Assembly: GCA_002104905.1 (NCBI GenBank)
Contig: MCFE01000113.1
Coordinates: 62,001-126,000 of the forward strand
Source: Basidiobolus meristosporus CBS 931.73
Taxonomy: Eukaryota > Fungi > Basidiobolomycota
Direction of reading: 5' to 3'
DNA length: 64,000 nt
This document shows positions 25,401 to 39,117 of the stretch, piece after piece. How positions within the stretch are numbered: position 1 is the stretch's first letter; each line of letters opens with the position of its first letter. The notes beneath the pieces are model-generated. The model searched no databases, had not been told where the DNA came from, and saw only the letters and a program-made list of their open reading frames with translations. The position numbers and the translations under genes were made by a program.

Positions 25401-27892
25401 CCCAATCACTTCCAATATCTCCAATACTCTTACAACAGTTATAACAGAACACTTTGTGATTATTATCCATTGAAAGCATGGTATGGGTATAGATTAAGTG
25501 CAGAACATCCAAGAATATCTGGGTGTACAGCATATGCTAAGAAGCTGCCCAGAAATCAGTCAGAATCTGAGCCAAAAAGTGCAAAATGCATGTTTTTGGG
25601 CTACTGCAATGAAAGTAAAGCGTACAGACTCTGCAATACCAAAGCAAAGAAGCTGATCAAGTCCAGGGATGTGTTGCTTGATAATAATTCAAAATTTTAC
25701 AAAAAATGACATCAGATGATGACAAAAAAACCTGATCTCCAATCCACCAATGGTCAGACTTGAATCAAAGCACAACAATGATATTTTTTCACTCCAGGGG
25801 ACTCTACAACCATGGTTCAGCCAGAATAAGTGCCCAGGAATATCCCAGAATTGATCCTTCCAGTATCAAAAGCCTGGAGACCCATTTGGACAAGATATAG
25901 CCCAAATTACTATATCAATGAGGGTACAAACTTAGTTTATGCCTATACAGTTGATATTGATGAGCCCCAGACTGTAAACAAGGCTAAAAATAGCCCTCAG
26001 ACAAAGTTTTGGTGATATGCAATGACTGAGGAATATTGGGCCCTGATGGAAAATCAAACTTGGGACTTGGTCAAAATACCAATCAACCAAAAATCAATTG
26101 GATGCAGATGGGTCTTCAAGACAAAATACAAGGCTGATGGTACAATTGAAAGATACAAAGCAAGACATGTGGCCAAAGGATACTCTCAAACAAAAGGACT
26201 TGACTATACTGAGACCTTTGCACCAGTAGATAAGTTTTATTCCATCAGATCAATATTGGCTATTGCAGCCAAATATAAGTTTTCTATTTATCAAATGGAT
26301 GTAAAAACTGCATTTTTGAATGAAGAACTTGATGAGGATGTGTATATGAATCCGCCTGATGGGTTTGTTGACCAATATAACCCCCCTCTGGTCTGCAAGC
26401 TTGAAAAGTCACTATATGGTCTCAAACAATCACCAAGAGCCTGGAATTGCGAGATATATTCTTATTTGGAATCTTTGAGTTTCAAAAGGAGTAATGCTGA
26501 CTATAGTATATACTATAAGCCCAATAGAGCAAATCCAATTCTATTAGCTCTATATGTGGATAATCTTATTATAGGCACCAATAACCTAACAACATTGGAA
26601 GAGACTAAATACAGCCTATCCAAAGAGCTCAAGATGTCTGATCAAGGAGAACTCAATTACTACCTAGGGATTGAGTTCTTCATTGACAGAGGTACCCAGA
26701 CTATTACTCTTAGCCAATCCAAGTATATTTAAGACATACTATAGAAGTACTAAATGGAAGACCGTAAACCAGCAGCTACCTTGATGGAGACAAACCTTAT
26801 CTTGGTCAAAACTTAACCAAATCAAGAGAGCTTGGTGCCATCTGAAAGCCCTGACTTTCCTTATCAATCCATGGTTGGCAGTCTGAGGTATATCATGCTT
26901 GGAACATGTCTGGATATCTCATATTTGGTGGGAGCTGTCAGCCAACATAATCAGAACTATGGATCTGATCATATTGCAGCAGTTAAGCAGATTTTTAGAT
27001 ACCTAAAAGGAACTGCTGATATCTGCTTAAGATACACTTATAAGGATTCAGAACAGGATCTTGTGGGATACTCTGAAGCTGATTGGGGACAAAACTTGGA
27101 AGACCAAAGATCCACCACCGGATACACCTTTCTTTATTGTAAAGGTGCAATTTCATGGAACTCAAGAAAGCAACCAACTGTAGCACTTTCTACCACAGAG
27201 GCAGAGTATATTGCAGCCTGTGAGGCTACAAAAGAAGCAATGAGGTTAAGAAAGCTTTTTACAGATTTAGGCCTATGTCTAAAAGTGCCTTTAACTTTAT
27301 TTCAAGATAATCCAGGATGTATGCAATTAGGTAGAAATCCTGCTTTTCATGCTTGAACCAAGCCAATAGATATTGGACATCATTTCACATGTGAAGCTAT
27401 AGAGAATTTCTTAGTTAGCTTAGTTTACTGTCCTTCAGATGAAATCATTGTAGACACATTTACCAAACCATTAGCTAGATACAAGTTTGATATCTTAGGT
27501 CCAAAATAAGACTAGTCAATATGAACATTTAGCTGAGTGGGAGTGTTGTAAAAATTTGTAATTTCACCTAAAAAATCACCTAATTTAGTCACTTAGATCA
27601 TTACCTTCAAATCCAAGAGAATACTGACCAAATTCCCTGTTGGGATTTACTTGGAATATTTTCACCAAAATACCAGGTACCCAGAACATGAAAAATTCTC
27701 AATGTTGTTTGAACAGTCCCAAACTTTGCATACATGCTCTTGGGACCTTCCTTGACCCATTCTACAAGTTTGTAATGCCAAGACCATGTACAAGTATAAA
27801 TACTACTTTTACAATCAATCAATCATTAAGTGAAAGCCATATTATCTACTTGTCTCCTAATCACTTCCAATATCTCAAAGACTCTTACAACA
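22442..27892 (+). mobile_element. Compound three-LTR copia A structure (nested insertion plus deletion)
   Basis: LTRs at 22442-22791, 25088-25437 and 27544-27892; outer flanks ATATA/GTATA in a CMC transposase; PBS 22792-22803; gag 22796-23947; pre-integrase fused to RT near 24017; integrase resumes at 25438. Confidence 0.85.
24018..25076 (+). CDS. pol: copia A RT C-terminal half plus RNase H (352-codon open frame, 5'-truncated)
   Basis: LALYVDDLIV, GYSDADSG, SWNSRKQPTVALSTTEAEY, RTKHIDIRHHFIRE. Confidence 0.85.
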   Translation: MSFKRSNADYSIYYKPDRTNPVLLALYVDDLIVAANNLETLEETKSSLSKEFKMSNPGELSYYLGIKFSIDRSTQTITLSQSKYIQDILKKYKMEDCKPAATPMETNLNLVKTQPNQESLVPSESPDFPYQSMVGSMMYIMLGTRPDISYSVGVVSQHNQSYGSDHIAAVKRIFRYLKGTADICLRYTYKDSEQDLVGYSDADSGRNLEDRRTTTGYTFLYCQGAISWNSRKQPTVALSTTEAEYMAACEATKEAMWLRKLFTDLGLCQKTPITLFQDNQGCIQLGRNPTFHARTKHIDIRHHFIREAIENNLVSLVYCPTDEMIADIFTKPLARDKFEYLRSKLGLVSMNI

Positions 27893-28910
27893 GTATATGA
27901 ATATGAATACCCACTGGAGCTTGCAAGAAACCTATGGGGTAGCAGACATTTGGCAACATCTTCCAATTCTTTTTAACTTCTCCTGTATCTTGCTGGGCTT
28001 ATTTAGCTTGACATGCCTCAGGCACAACTTGGTCATTAGTATAGGTATAGTGTTGAAAGCATGTTCAGTACTCCTGGTGAAAGCTTTTGTTCTAACATAT
28101 TCCCTCTTTCCTTAGTATCTCTAGATTTTGATTAATCTCAAATTCTGGCTAATGGTTTATAGCTTGCCTGATATGCTGCAATTGCATGCTGACTTCTGTA
28201 TATTCTCTCTGTGGGATGATGACACTTATAGTATTAGTGCTTGGATAATAGTAGTGTGTGTGAGTTATAGGGTAACTACCCCAGATCTCTCTCAATCAAC
28301 AGCAATGCCATTCATTATGCCCAGTAAAGCTGGCTATCTTGCTGATGGCTGGGGAATCCCTAATACAGATAAAAATATGCCCTTTGACATCATGATCATT
28401 TACTAGAGTCCGGCTAGTTAGCTTACAAATCTCATCCAGCAATGGATACATGTAGACATCTAGGTTGGACAGACATTCAGGCCCAGATATCAGTGGGATA
28501 ACCATCAGATCTTGACTGTGATGCTATAAGATTGCTGGTGTATTCAGGTTGATGAGAACCAGCCACCAGAAGGGTTGACTGGCAGAAAACCTTTCAGTGA
28601 GAATCTAGCAAGTGCCAAGACAAAGGCATGGTCATACATACCTTCAAAGTAGCCCTTGCATCTTAGTTGTTTGCAATGTCTGTCATTGAATATAGCAGTG
28701 TGTGTGCTTAAAAGATACTGTGTGATATCCTATAACTTCAAAATACTTGTCAGACTCTATAAGCTTCTTTGGTTGGAGTATTGTTGGAATATATCTGCAG
28801 TGTGCACAATGTTTTCCCTTGATGGTGGTGGATTCCTAACAATCTGCACACATTGTAATGGTGGCATCTTCTCATAGGAATGCCATTCAACTGTTGACAC
28901 ATGCTGTTAT
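27893..28910 (-). pseudogene. CMC transposase (second subfamily), central part
   Basis: Aligns with 40120-41140 (MVIPLISGPECLSNLDVYMYPLLDE...IRDSPAISKIASFTGHN). Confidence 0.75.
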
Positions 28911-31900
28911 TGTTGTAAAAATTGGTAACTCCACCTAAATATTCACCTAACTTTGTCACTTAGATCATTACCTTGAAATCCTAGAGAATACTGACCAAAT
29001 TCCTTGTTGAGATTTACTTGGAATATTTTCACTAAAATACCAGGCACCCAGAACATGAAAATTCTTAAAGTTGTCCAAATAGCCCCAAACTTTGCACACA
29101 TGCTCTTGGGACCTTCCTCAGCCTGTGCTACATGCTTGTTATGCCAACACTATGTAAAAGTATATATACTACTTTTACATTCAATAAATCACTGAGTGAA
29201 AACCACAAAACCTACTTGTCCTCCCATTCACTTCTAATATCTCCAAGACTCTTACAACAGGTTATGAGACCCAAGCTGTCACTTGCCCCAAGGTCTATTA
29301 CTGCCATTACTGGAGTTTTACCTCTGCTGCAAAGTTGGATGGATCCAACTTCCAAGTGTGGAAGGTGAACATGAAGATGCTGATATAAGAGAGACACTTT
29401 TGGATATTGTCATGGGAGAAGAATGCCCTCCTAAAAATGAGGGAGAGGAAGCCTTAAAGTACCAGACAAAAGAACAAAGTGCCCTTAAATGCATTTGCCT
29501 TAATATTAGCAAAAATTGCTAATTCAATGCTCAAGAGCAACAATGGCAAAGAATGCCTGGAAGGCATTAAAAAACAGCTACCGGTCATGCTCAGCTGTCA
29601 GGAAAATGTATCTGAGACAAAAATTCTTTACTACAAAGATGCTGCCAGGAGAAGAAATGAGAAATCTAACTTACAGAATTACCCTGCTGGTAGATGAAAT
29701 GGAATCCGTGGGTGTACCAACTACTGATGAGGATGTGATAGTTGCCATCCTGAATAGCCTGACAGATGAGCTTCAGGGCCTGGTATTAGCCCTAGAGTCC
29801 AGAACTGAATATTTGACCTTAAACTACATATTGGAAGGCTTCTGGATGAAGAATTAAGAAAAGCAAGTGCCAATAGGAAGGATGAAGAAAATACTTTAAT
29901 AAGCAAAGATAACCAACAAAGGAGGTATCCAAGACCCTACAAAAGCAATAGCAACTTATTTTGCAACTAATGCAAAAGGAAAGGACACACATCAGACTGG
30001 TGTCTCAAAAAGAGAGACAATCAGCAAAAGAAGCCTGAAAATGGAAATGCTGCAACAACCTAAGATAGACTATTCATATCTGCACTAAAATGATCACAAA
30101 CAAGGATTCTCAGACATGCTATAATGACTTTGGAGCATCTCTACACTTTACACATCAATAAGAACTTTTTACCCAATATCAAGAGATTCCAATTGAGAAG
30201 GTTTTCATGGGTGGCAATAGAACACTTGATGCAGTGGGAGAAGGAACCATCCAAGGAAATCTTAGAAGCATTGAAGGAAACAATACATTTACCTTTAAAG
30301 AGGTATTCTATGTGCCAGAAATTGCCAATAACCTACTATCTGTAAGCAAGGCCACAGCAGAAGGACCCAGTGTCAGCTCTGAAAATTCCGGATGCAGGAC
30401 CATCAATCAAATTGGTGTCCATATTGCTTTGGGTATCAGAGATCAAAATCTATACAAGTTGACTTCTATTCCAACATATCTGGAAGCCAATATAAGTAAC
30501 TTAAATGAAGAAACATCAATGCTTTGTCACAGGAGATTTAGACATATCAATTTTGATTTTTGGCACAAAATGATCAATATCAGCTAATTTCCAGAGTACC
30601 AATTGATCCCCCAGCTAATTTGGAGCACTGTGAAGCCTGCATATATGGGAAACATGCCAGACAACTGATCAAGAGCTCTGGGTTAATCAAAACTAAGAAA
30701 AAACTAGATCTAATTCACTCAGATCTGTGTGGACCTATGTAAGATTTATCCTTAAGTGGGATGAAGCATTTAATCATCTTTATTGATGATTATACAAGAT
30801 AAACATGGGTCTACTTCATAGAGAGAAAAGAAGATGCTCTGTCTAAGCTCAGGGAGTTTAAAGTCATGGTGGAGAGAGAAGTTAGTAAAAAAATCAAGAA
30901 AATATGCTTTGACAATGGTGGAGAATTTACCCCAAAACTCTTCATCCACCTCTGCAAAACCTATGGGATAAAGCAAGAGACTGCTGTACCATACTCCCCA
31001 CAGCAAAATGAAGTAGCAGAACATACTAACAGAGCAATATTTGATATGGCAAGATCTATAATCCTTGATCAAAAATTATTCTATGATTTTTGGGTGGAAT
31101 CAGTTGCCACTGCTGTGTACCTTACAAATAGAAGTTATAGCAGAATACATCATGATTCCACTCCATTTGAAGCAGGGTATGGGTACAGACCAAGTGCAGA
31201 ACATCTATGAATATTAGGGTGTACAGCATATGCCAAGAAACTGCCTGGAAATCAGTCAAAATTGGAGCTAAAAAGTGTAAAATGCATATTTTTGGGCTAC
31301 TGCAATGAGTAAAGCATACAGACTCTACAATATCAAAGCAAATAATCTGGTCAAGTCCAGGGATGTGTTGGTTGATGGAAAGTCAAAATTTTCACAAAAA
31401 ATGACATCAGATGATGGCAAAAATCTGATCTCAAGTCCATCAATTGTCAGGATTGAATCAGTGCAAAACAATGAAAATTTTTTCACTACAGAGAGCTCTA
31501 CAAGAGTGATGCAGCCTGGAACAGTGCCCAGGAATATTGCAGAAGTGATCTTTCCAGCATCAAACACCCAGATATCCAATTGGACAAGAAATAGCCAGAA
31601 TTACTATATTAATGAGGGTATTAACTTAGCCTCTGCCTATGCAGTCCATATTGATGAGCTTCAGACTGTAAGCAAGGCCCAAAATAGCTTTCAGACAAAC
31701 TTTCAAAGAGCTGTAATGACTGAGGAATATCAGGCCCTGATGGAAAATCAATCTGGACTTGACTATACTGAGACCTTTGCACCAGTAGACAAGTTTTATT
31801 CCATTAGATCAATATTGGCTATTGCAGCCAAATATAAGTTTTCTATTCATCAAATGGATGTAAAAACTGCATTTTTGAATGAAGAACTTGATGAGGATGT

Positions 31901-33284
31901 GCATATGAATCAGCCTGATGGGTTTGTTGACCAATATAACCCCCCTCTGGTCTGCAAGCTTGAAAAGTCACTATATGGTATCAAACAATCACCAAGAGCC
32001 TGGAATTGCAAGATATATTCTTATTTGGAATCTTTGAGTTTCAAAAGGAGTAATGCCGACTATAGTATGTACTATAAGCCCAATAGAGCAAATCCAGTTC
32101 TATTAGCTCTATATGTGGATGATCTTATTATAGCTGCCAACAACATAGGAACATTAGAATAGACTAAATCCAGCGTATTTAAGGAGTTCAAGATGTCCAA
32201 TCTAGGAGAACTCAGTTATTACTTAGGAATTAAGTTCTCTATAGACAGAAGTACCCAGACAATCACCCTAAGCCAATCCAGGTATATTCCAAATATACAA
32301 CCCTAATGGAGACAAAACTTAACATGGTCAAAAGTCAACCAAATCAAGAGAGCTTGGTGCCGTCTGAAAGCTCTGACTTTCCTTATCAATCAATGGCCAG
32401 CAGTTGCATTTATATCATGCTTGGAACATGTTGAGCTATCTCATATTCCATAGGAGCTGTAAGCCAGCATAATTAGAACTATGGATCTGAGCATATTGCA
32501 GCAGTTAGGCATACTTTTAGAAACCTAAAAGGAACTCCTGATATTGGCTTAAGATACACTTGAAAGGATTCAAAATTTGGATGACAGAAGATCCACCACT
32601 TGATACACCTTTCTTTATTGTAAAGGTGCAATTTCATTGAATTCACAAAAGCAACCCACTATAGCACTTTCTACCACTGAGGCAGAGTATATGGCAGCCT
32701 GTGCAGCTACAAAAGAAGCAATGTGGCTAAGAGAGCTTCTTACAGACTTAGGTCCTTTTCAAAAAATGCCTATTACTTTATTTCAAGATATTCAAGGATG
32801 TATACAAGTAGGTAGAGATCCAACTTTTCATGCTAGAACTGAGTACATAGATATTAGAAATCATTTCACATGTGAAGCTATAGAGAATATCTTAGTTATC
32901 TTAGTTTACTGTCCTTCAGATGAAATCATTGTAGACACATATACCAAACCATTAGCTAGATACAAGTTTGAATATCTTAGGTCAAAATTAAGACTAGTCA
33001 GTATGAATATTAAGCTCAGTGGAAGTGTTGTAAAAATTTGTAATTCTACGTAAATATTCACCTAACTTAGTCACTTAGATCATTACCTTCAAATCCTAGA
33101 GAATACTGACCAAATTTCTTTTTGGGATTTACTTAGAATATTTTCACCAAAATACCAAGTACCCATAACATGAAAAATTCTTAATGTTGTCTAAACTGCC
33201 CCAAACTTTGCACACATGTTCTTGGAACCTTCCTTAACCTATTCTACATGTTTGTAATGCCAAGACCATGTACAAGTATAAATA
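28911..33284 (+). mobile_element. copia A copy, near full length, decayed; 3' LTR truncated
   Basis: 5' LTR 28911-29259, PBS GGTTATGAGACCC at 29260, gag-pol pieces 29516-33053, 3' LTR begins 33026 and is cut near 33284. Confidence 0.9.
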
Positions 33285-35486
33285 TGTCACAAATTTAAAG
33301 TCCTGTGACTAGAAGACATTGATCTATGCAGAACACCATGTAAAGTCCGTCAATAATAATTGCACCCCAAATTTTACAAAAAACTTAGTCAAAACTTTTC
33401 ATCACAACATTACAAGAGTGGCTTTTGATTGGTTCACTGCCAATTTTCTCACTTTCTGATCCTGGACACCCTACACCCCCTGTGTTTGTGTGCATTGATT
33501 GGCTATTGCCTCTTTTTACACTCCTTACTTCTTGACCTAAACATTTCTCTTACTTTTCATGGATAAAAATTGATTTATTCCCATAGAAACTTCAGTTGTA
33601 CATCAATTGCCAACTCTATTGACCTGCACAGGTCTGTATGCCCTGTATCATCATTAATCCTAACCCTGCACCTAACAAGGGGCTTCATTAAATCTACAAC
33701 TTGATAAGCTTTTCTACTGCAATGTTCTGTTTCCATTACTTTGGTGGGAACTCTAAGGCTTTATGCTACTGTTTGTTTGCTAGTTCCCATACATCCTGGT
33801 CCTCAGTAAGCACTGCAAGGTCTAGCACCTCATCATCCAGTCTTTGCAATAAATCCTAGCAATATTCAAGTACCTTTTCTTGAGCACTGCTCTTGAAGAT
33901 TCCCTGCAACCTCTTGGTGTGCCTTTTAATGTTCTAAAGTTCCACTGAAGGCGTTGTCATAACCTTTTGAGTTCTTCACGTTGTTACTTTGTCTGTCAGT
34001 GGGATTTTCACTCTGTCAACAATGGAGGATGTGCAGGCTGTGGCAGACAAAATGCCTTCCTCTGCATATTCATCTACACTGCTGGAGTGTAACTCAACTG
34101 GCTGCACTTCCAACTATTGTGAAAGCAGCTGTTTTCTTGTTGGTAATTCTTCTTGGCTATAATGAAATTCAGTCTGTTCTGGGCTTAAAATGCTATTATT
34201 TTTCTCATACTCTTCTGTCTCTGGCTTGGGTAGACTTTTGTCCCTTTGTCTTTTCCTTTCTCACTGCCAGGTCTTTCACTTCTACTTTGTCTGAGGGCTT
34301 CCTGTATTGAATTATGTTTTCTCCATGATTAAACCTGTTCTGATGCATCTTATTTGGCCTGCTTGTCCCTTGCTGGCACTCTACAGGCCCCCTGATGCTT
34401 TTTCCTGCTTGTGTCAAGTTCATAGCCCATGCGGTAACAGGCTCCTGAGGCAGCTACTGGTTTTTATCACTTTCAGGTCCTTTGCTGCTACTTTGACTTT
34501 GTGCTTCTTGAGTGGAGCTATGCTTTGTCCTTGATAGATCTTGTACTGGTGCATCTGTGTCTGCCTGCTTTTCCCTTATTTGCACTCTTCCAGCTACCTG
34601 ATATCTCTTTGGCCCTTGTTTGAGCATTTGGCCCTGCTTGTAGCAGGCTCTTGAGGAAGCTGCTGGTTTTTAACCATTGTGCCCTTGTTCTTCAGCCTTT
34701 CATAGTTTCTGCTATTCTTGAGGTACTTTATCAGCATACCAATGCTGGCTCAAATTCTATTTGCTTGTTTGAATCCTGGGCAACACCCATGGAACAAATC
34801 AAGCACATTCTGCTTGGCCTTGAGTTCCTGCTGGTCCCATGGCATGCTGGCCTTAAGGTGTTTGCATGCTAGACTTCTAAAAGCCTCTTATTTATATATT
34901 AGCCCACCCTTTGTTATTGTACTCTACGGCTTCATGGATCATCAATGTCTTTTGAGTTCATTCTTCATCATTGCACTCAACAGCTTCCAAAATATTGAAT
35001 GTCTTTTGATTTTTAGACTTTGGTATAAGCACTACATCTTCTCCCCCCCATGCTGTGATAGGTTTTTTGGTGGGCTTTATCTTTGGGCACTGTTGTTGGG
35101 CTTCAAACACTAAGTAGTGTTCCTCTGCTTTTACATTGGGAAATGGCTCAACTCTTAGCTGTGGCATTGAGCTACTTGAGTTCTTTCATTGCCGCAAAGA
35201 TACTGCTTTCTCTACTAGGGATATTGATTGCTCTACCCCTTTTAACTGCTCATCCCGTTTCTGGACTACTTCCTGATTTCTCTGGGCTATTGCATCTATC
35301 CTATCAGCCACTGCACCTTTTTGCCTCATTAATGCTTGGGTATGAGCTGACAACATATTTGCTAATATGGGTGGTGGTGATGTTATGCCAGCCACTTCCT
35401 GGTCTTCAACTGAGGGTACTGGTATTGCTAGATTCTCATCTGCCTCATCATTATGGTCAGCTTGTGGCTCTATAGAGACTTCCAAT
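33285..35486 (-). mobile_element. CMC fragment: left subterminal region and ORF-A pseudogene
   Basis: Colinear with 2000-4160 and the reverse complement of 42240-44500. Confidence 0.8.
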
Positions 35487-36077
35487 TGTTGTAAGAGTCA
35501 TGAAAATACTGGAAGTGAATGGGAGAACAAGTAGATTATGTGGTTTTCACTTAATGATTTATTGAATGCAAAAGTAGTTTTATACTTCAACATGGACTTG
35601 GCATACCAAATACATATAATTGCTTAAGAAAGGTCCCACAGACATATATGCAAAGTTTGGGGCTGTTTGGACAACTCTGAGAATCCTCATGTTATGGGTA
35701 CTGGGTATTTTGGTGAATATATTCTAAGTAAATCCCAACAAGGAATTTGGTCAGTATTCTTGGGGATTTGGGGCCAATAATCTAAGTGACTAAGTCAGGT
35801 AAATATTTAGGTGGAGTTACAAATTTTTACAACACTCCCACTCAACTATATATTCATACTGACTAGTCCTAATTTTGACCTAAGATATTAAATCCTGTCT
35901 CTGGCTAATGGTATGGCAAATGTGTCTGCAATTGTTTCATCTGCAGGAGAGTAAACTAAGCTAATTAAGCTCTTTTCTAGTGTTTCACATATGAAATGAT
36001 GACCAATATCTATGTGCTCAGTCCTAGCATGAAAAGCTGGATTTTTACCTAATTGTTTACATCCTTGATTAGCAAGA

Positions 36078-38087
36078 GTTGGAAAATACTGAGGACAAAT
36101 GTGCACATGGAGACACCTATGCCTTTTGCATTAAGAAGCTAAGCAGCCCCAATGCATGGGTAATCAGTTAAGTAATGCAAAGTTGGGTTGGGTGTAACAA
36201 ACAGCTAATTTTTATCAGGAACACTCCACTAAGATATGCCAGATTTATTGTGGTCCCAAGCCAACTTCTACACCATTCAATATGGAATTCACACAAACAA
36301 AAGCCAGAGCACACCTATAAGGGGGACTAGAATCCAGCAGGGAGAAGGAATATATTGGCTAATACCCAGAAGTTCTTTGCCAATATTCAGGAGGTATTCA
36401 TGGCAGAAGTGGCAACAACCAAGCATATGTTTGCAAGATGTATATGCTACCAGCAGTGCAAGGTATATGGCAACTTTGCAAGTATCACACTAAAAAGCCG
36501 TAAAGTTGAGGTGATGGAAGTATGTCAGTTGCAGCAGGTGTGTATGTTTGTAGAGGTTAGTAAGCAGGAGGCCATAGTTTTTTTTGATTCAAACTATATG
36601 TGGAATACCCAAGGTAGTAGTGGGTAAGCAAATAAAGACAGGTGATTCTACAGTGGAATATATGAATTGCACAAGGGGAGGTAAAAAAGGAAATAGCATT
36701 TGGTAAATTGGTATGGTAACCTTATACAGAACCAGCAGTGTGGTGGTGTATAAGTCCAAAGGGCAAAATACGGCCAACACTTCCCAGGTGTGAATGCGTG
36801 TGGGGTGTTCACTGGGTGCAATAACCTCTGGCAAAAGCTTGCTAGGAATACTGGGTCTTTTGTTTAATCTAATGCGAAGGGGGATAAAGCCTCAAGCTTG
36901 GCAAGGGAATATTATTGAGCAACAATCCCCAACTTAGTTGGCATCTTAACAAAAGCTTATAATGGGTTCAATGTCCTTTGAGATGACAGTGTACTAAAGC
37001 TTCCAAAGTCAAAACAACTGTAAACTTCACCAACAGGGACTTGATAAGAATGCAGCTTTGACCAATAGTTACAAAGACTGAAAAGTATCTTTGCCAGTAC
37101 AAGAATAAACTTGGGAAAACAATCAAATATAATAAAATATACCTACTCTGAGTATTCCGCACAAGTAGTGCCTCCAAGGTCAGTTGGCTGTCAATGCAGT
37201 TTCCTGGGAGTATTGTCAGGTCTGAGTCAGAAAATAGTGGTAATAGGCAGTGGTGATCTTACTAATCAATAAGTCAGAATATTGGAAGAGGGATGATTTA
37301 TTTTTAAGGGATAGCCTCCCTTGTATACTTTTTTTGCTGCTCAAATTCTTGCTAGAAAATACTTTCTGGAAGTTTCCAGAAGGTAGTAGACAGCCAATCA
37401 TGTCATTATGTACTAAGAATAGCTCAAATTCTAGGCGGATTGTTCCATGAGACATAGTAGCACCTAGCCAATCAGATAGTGGTAATATGATGCCTCTTGT
37501 ATGGTAACCATCTTATCTTGGCAAGGAATAAGAATAGCTTGTACAATGGGTTAATAGTGACAAATAGTTTGCCAGGTCACATAGTAATAATCACATAGAC
37601 AGATAGAAAATATTGCAATTTGGGATGATACTAATATAGGGGGGTAATCCTTTATAGGGAAGTGAACATATGGGAATGAGCACATCTGCCTGTGGGTGTC
37701 ACTGTGACCCCACTACAGAGGTAGGCTGTCATACTGCCAATATAATGCCATCAGAGTCTTGTGGTAAGGCCAACAAAATACCGTCAAGTCTCTTGCCATA
37801 AAAGGCAATTGGATGTCCTGGCCAACTGGATTTACTTAAAATATTTATAGAGCGCTGAAAGAACGCAACAATACCATGCAAAAATTGTTACAGCACCAAT
37901 ACAATATTGTCAAGTTTTATCCCTTTATTTGGCTGTAAAATTAGCAAAACACCGTCATGATCTTGTGATAAGATTGTTAGCAGGGTCACTAATTCCAAGC
38001 TGCTGCTATTATAATGGTCCCTAAATGGGATCTTGACGGATGATCTGGATTGGATCCACCTGTGGGACCAAATTATTTTTCATAGGG
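36078..38087 (+). mobile_element. CMC fragment: transposase 3' end plus right TIR
   Basis: Matches 50020-51050; ends CCAAATTATTTTTCATAGGG. Confidence 0.85.
36739..37717 (-). repeat. Solo LTR family C (979 bp)
   Basis: TGTGGTGGTG...CCCCACTACA; flanks GCAG/GAGG versus empty-site GCGG at 50681-50684 (probable 4-bp TSD). Confidence 0.75.
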
Positions 38088-39117
38088 AAGGTGTATCTTG
38101 TGGTGGATCTTCTGACTTCTAAGCTCTGTCCCTAATCAGTATCAGAGTATCCAACAATATCCCATTCTGAATCCTTATAAGTGTATCTTAAGCAGATGTT
38201 GGCAGTCCCTTTCAGATATCTAAAGATCTGCTTAACTGCTGCAATGTGATGAGATCCATAGTTCTGATTATACTGCCTGACAACTCCCATGAAATATCAG
38301 ACATCTCAACATATTCCAAGCATGATATAAATACAACTGCCCACCATAGACTGATAAGGAAAGTCTGGGCTTTCAGATGGCACTAAGCTCTCTTGATTTG
38401 GTTGACTTTTGACCATGTTAAGGTTTGTCTCCATAAGGATTATATACTTGGATTGGCTCAGAGTGATAGTCTGGGTACTTCTGTCTATGGAGAACTTTAT
38501 CTCAAGGTTGTAACTGAGCTTTTCTTGACTAGACATCTTGAGCTCTTTGGACAGGCAGGATTTAGTCTATTACAGTGTTGCTAGGTTATTGGCAGATATA
38601 ATAAGATCTTGCACATATAGAGCTAGTAGAGCTGGATTTCCCTATGAAAAATAATTTGGTCCCGCAGGTGGATCCAATCCAGATCATCCGTCAAGATCCG
38701 GTTCAGAGACCATCATAATAACAGCAGCTTGGAATTAGTGACCCTCCTGACAATCTTAGAACAAGATCATGACAGTGTTTTGCAAATTTTACAGCCAAAT
38801 AAAGGGATAAAACTTGGCAATTTTTGATCGGTGCTGTGACAATATTTGCATGTTACTGTTGCGGTCTTTCAGTGCTCTATGACTATTTTAAGTGGATCCA
38901 GTTGGCCAGGACTTCCAATTGCCATATATGGCAAGAAACTTACCAGTATTTTGACGGCCTCACAGCAAGACTCTGATGGCTTTTTTTTGGCAGTATGACG
39001 GCCTGCTGCTGGTAATTTATAATGCTACCGTACCAATTTATCAAAAAGTATTGCCCTTTTCTACCTCCCCTTGTGCAATTCATGTATTCCACTATAGAAT
39101 TATTTTTCTTTATTTGC

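Noticed and set aside
25438-28910. GTTAT flanks two different copia A insertions (25438-25442 and 28906-28910)
   Set aside because: The other copia A targets (GATTA, A/GTATA, CCAAT) differ; AT-rich coincidence cannot be excluded
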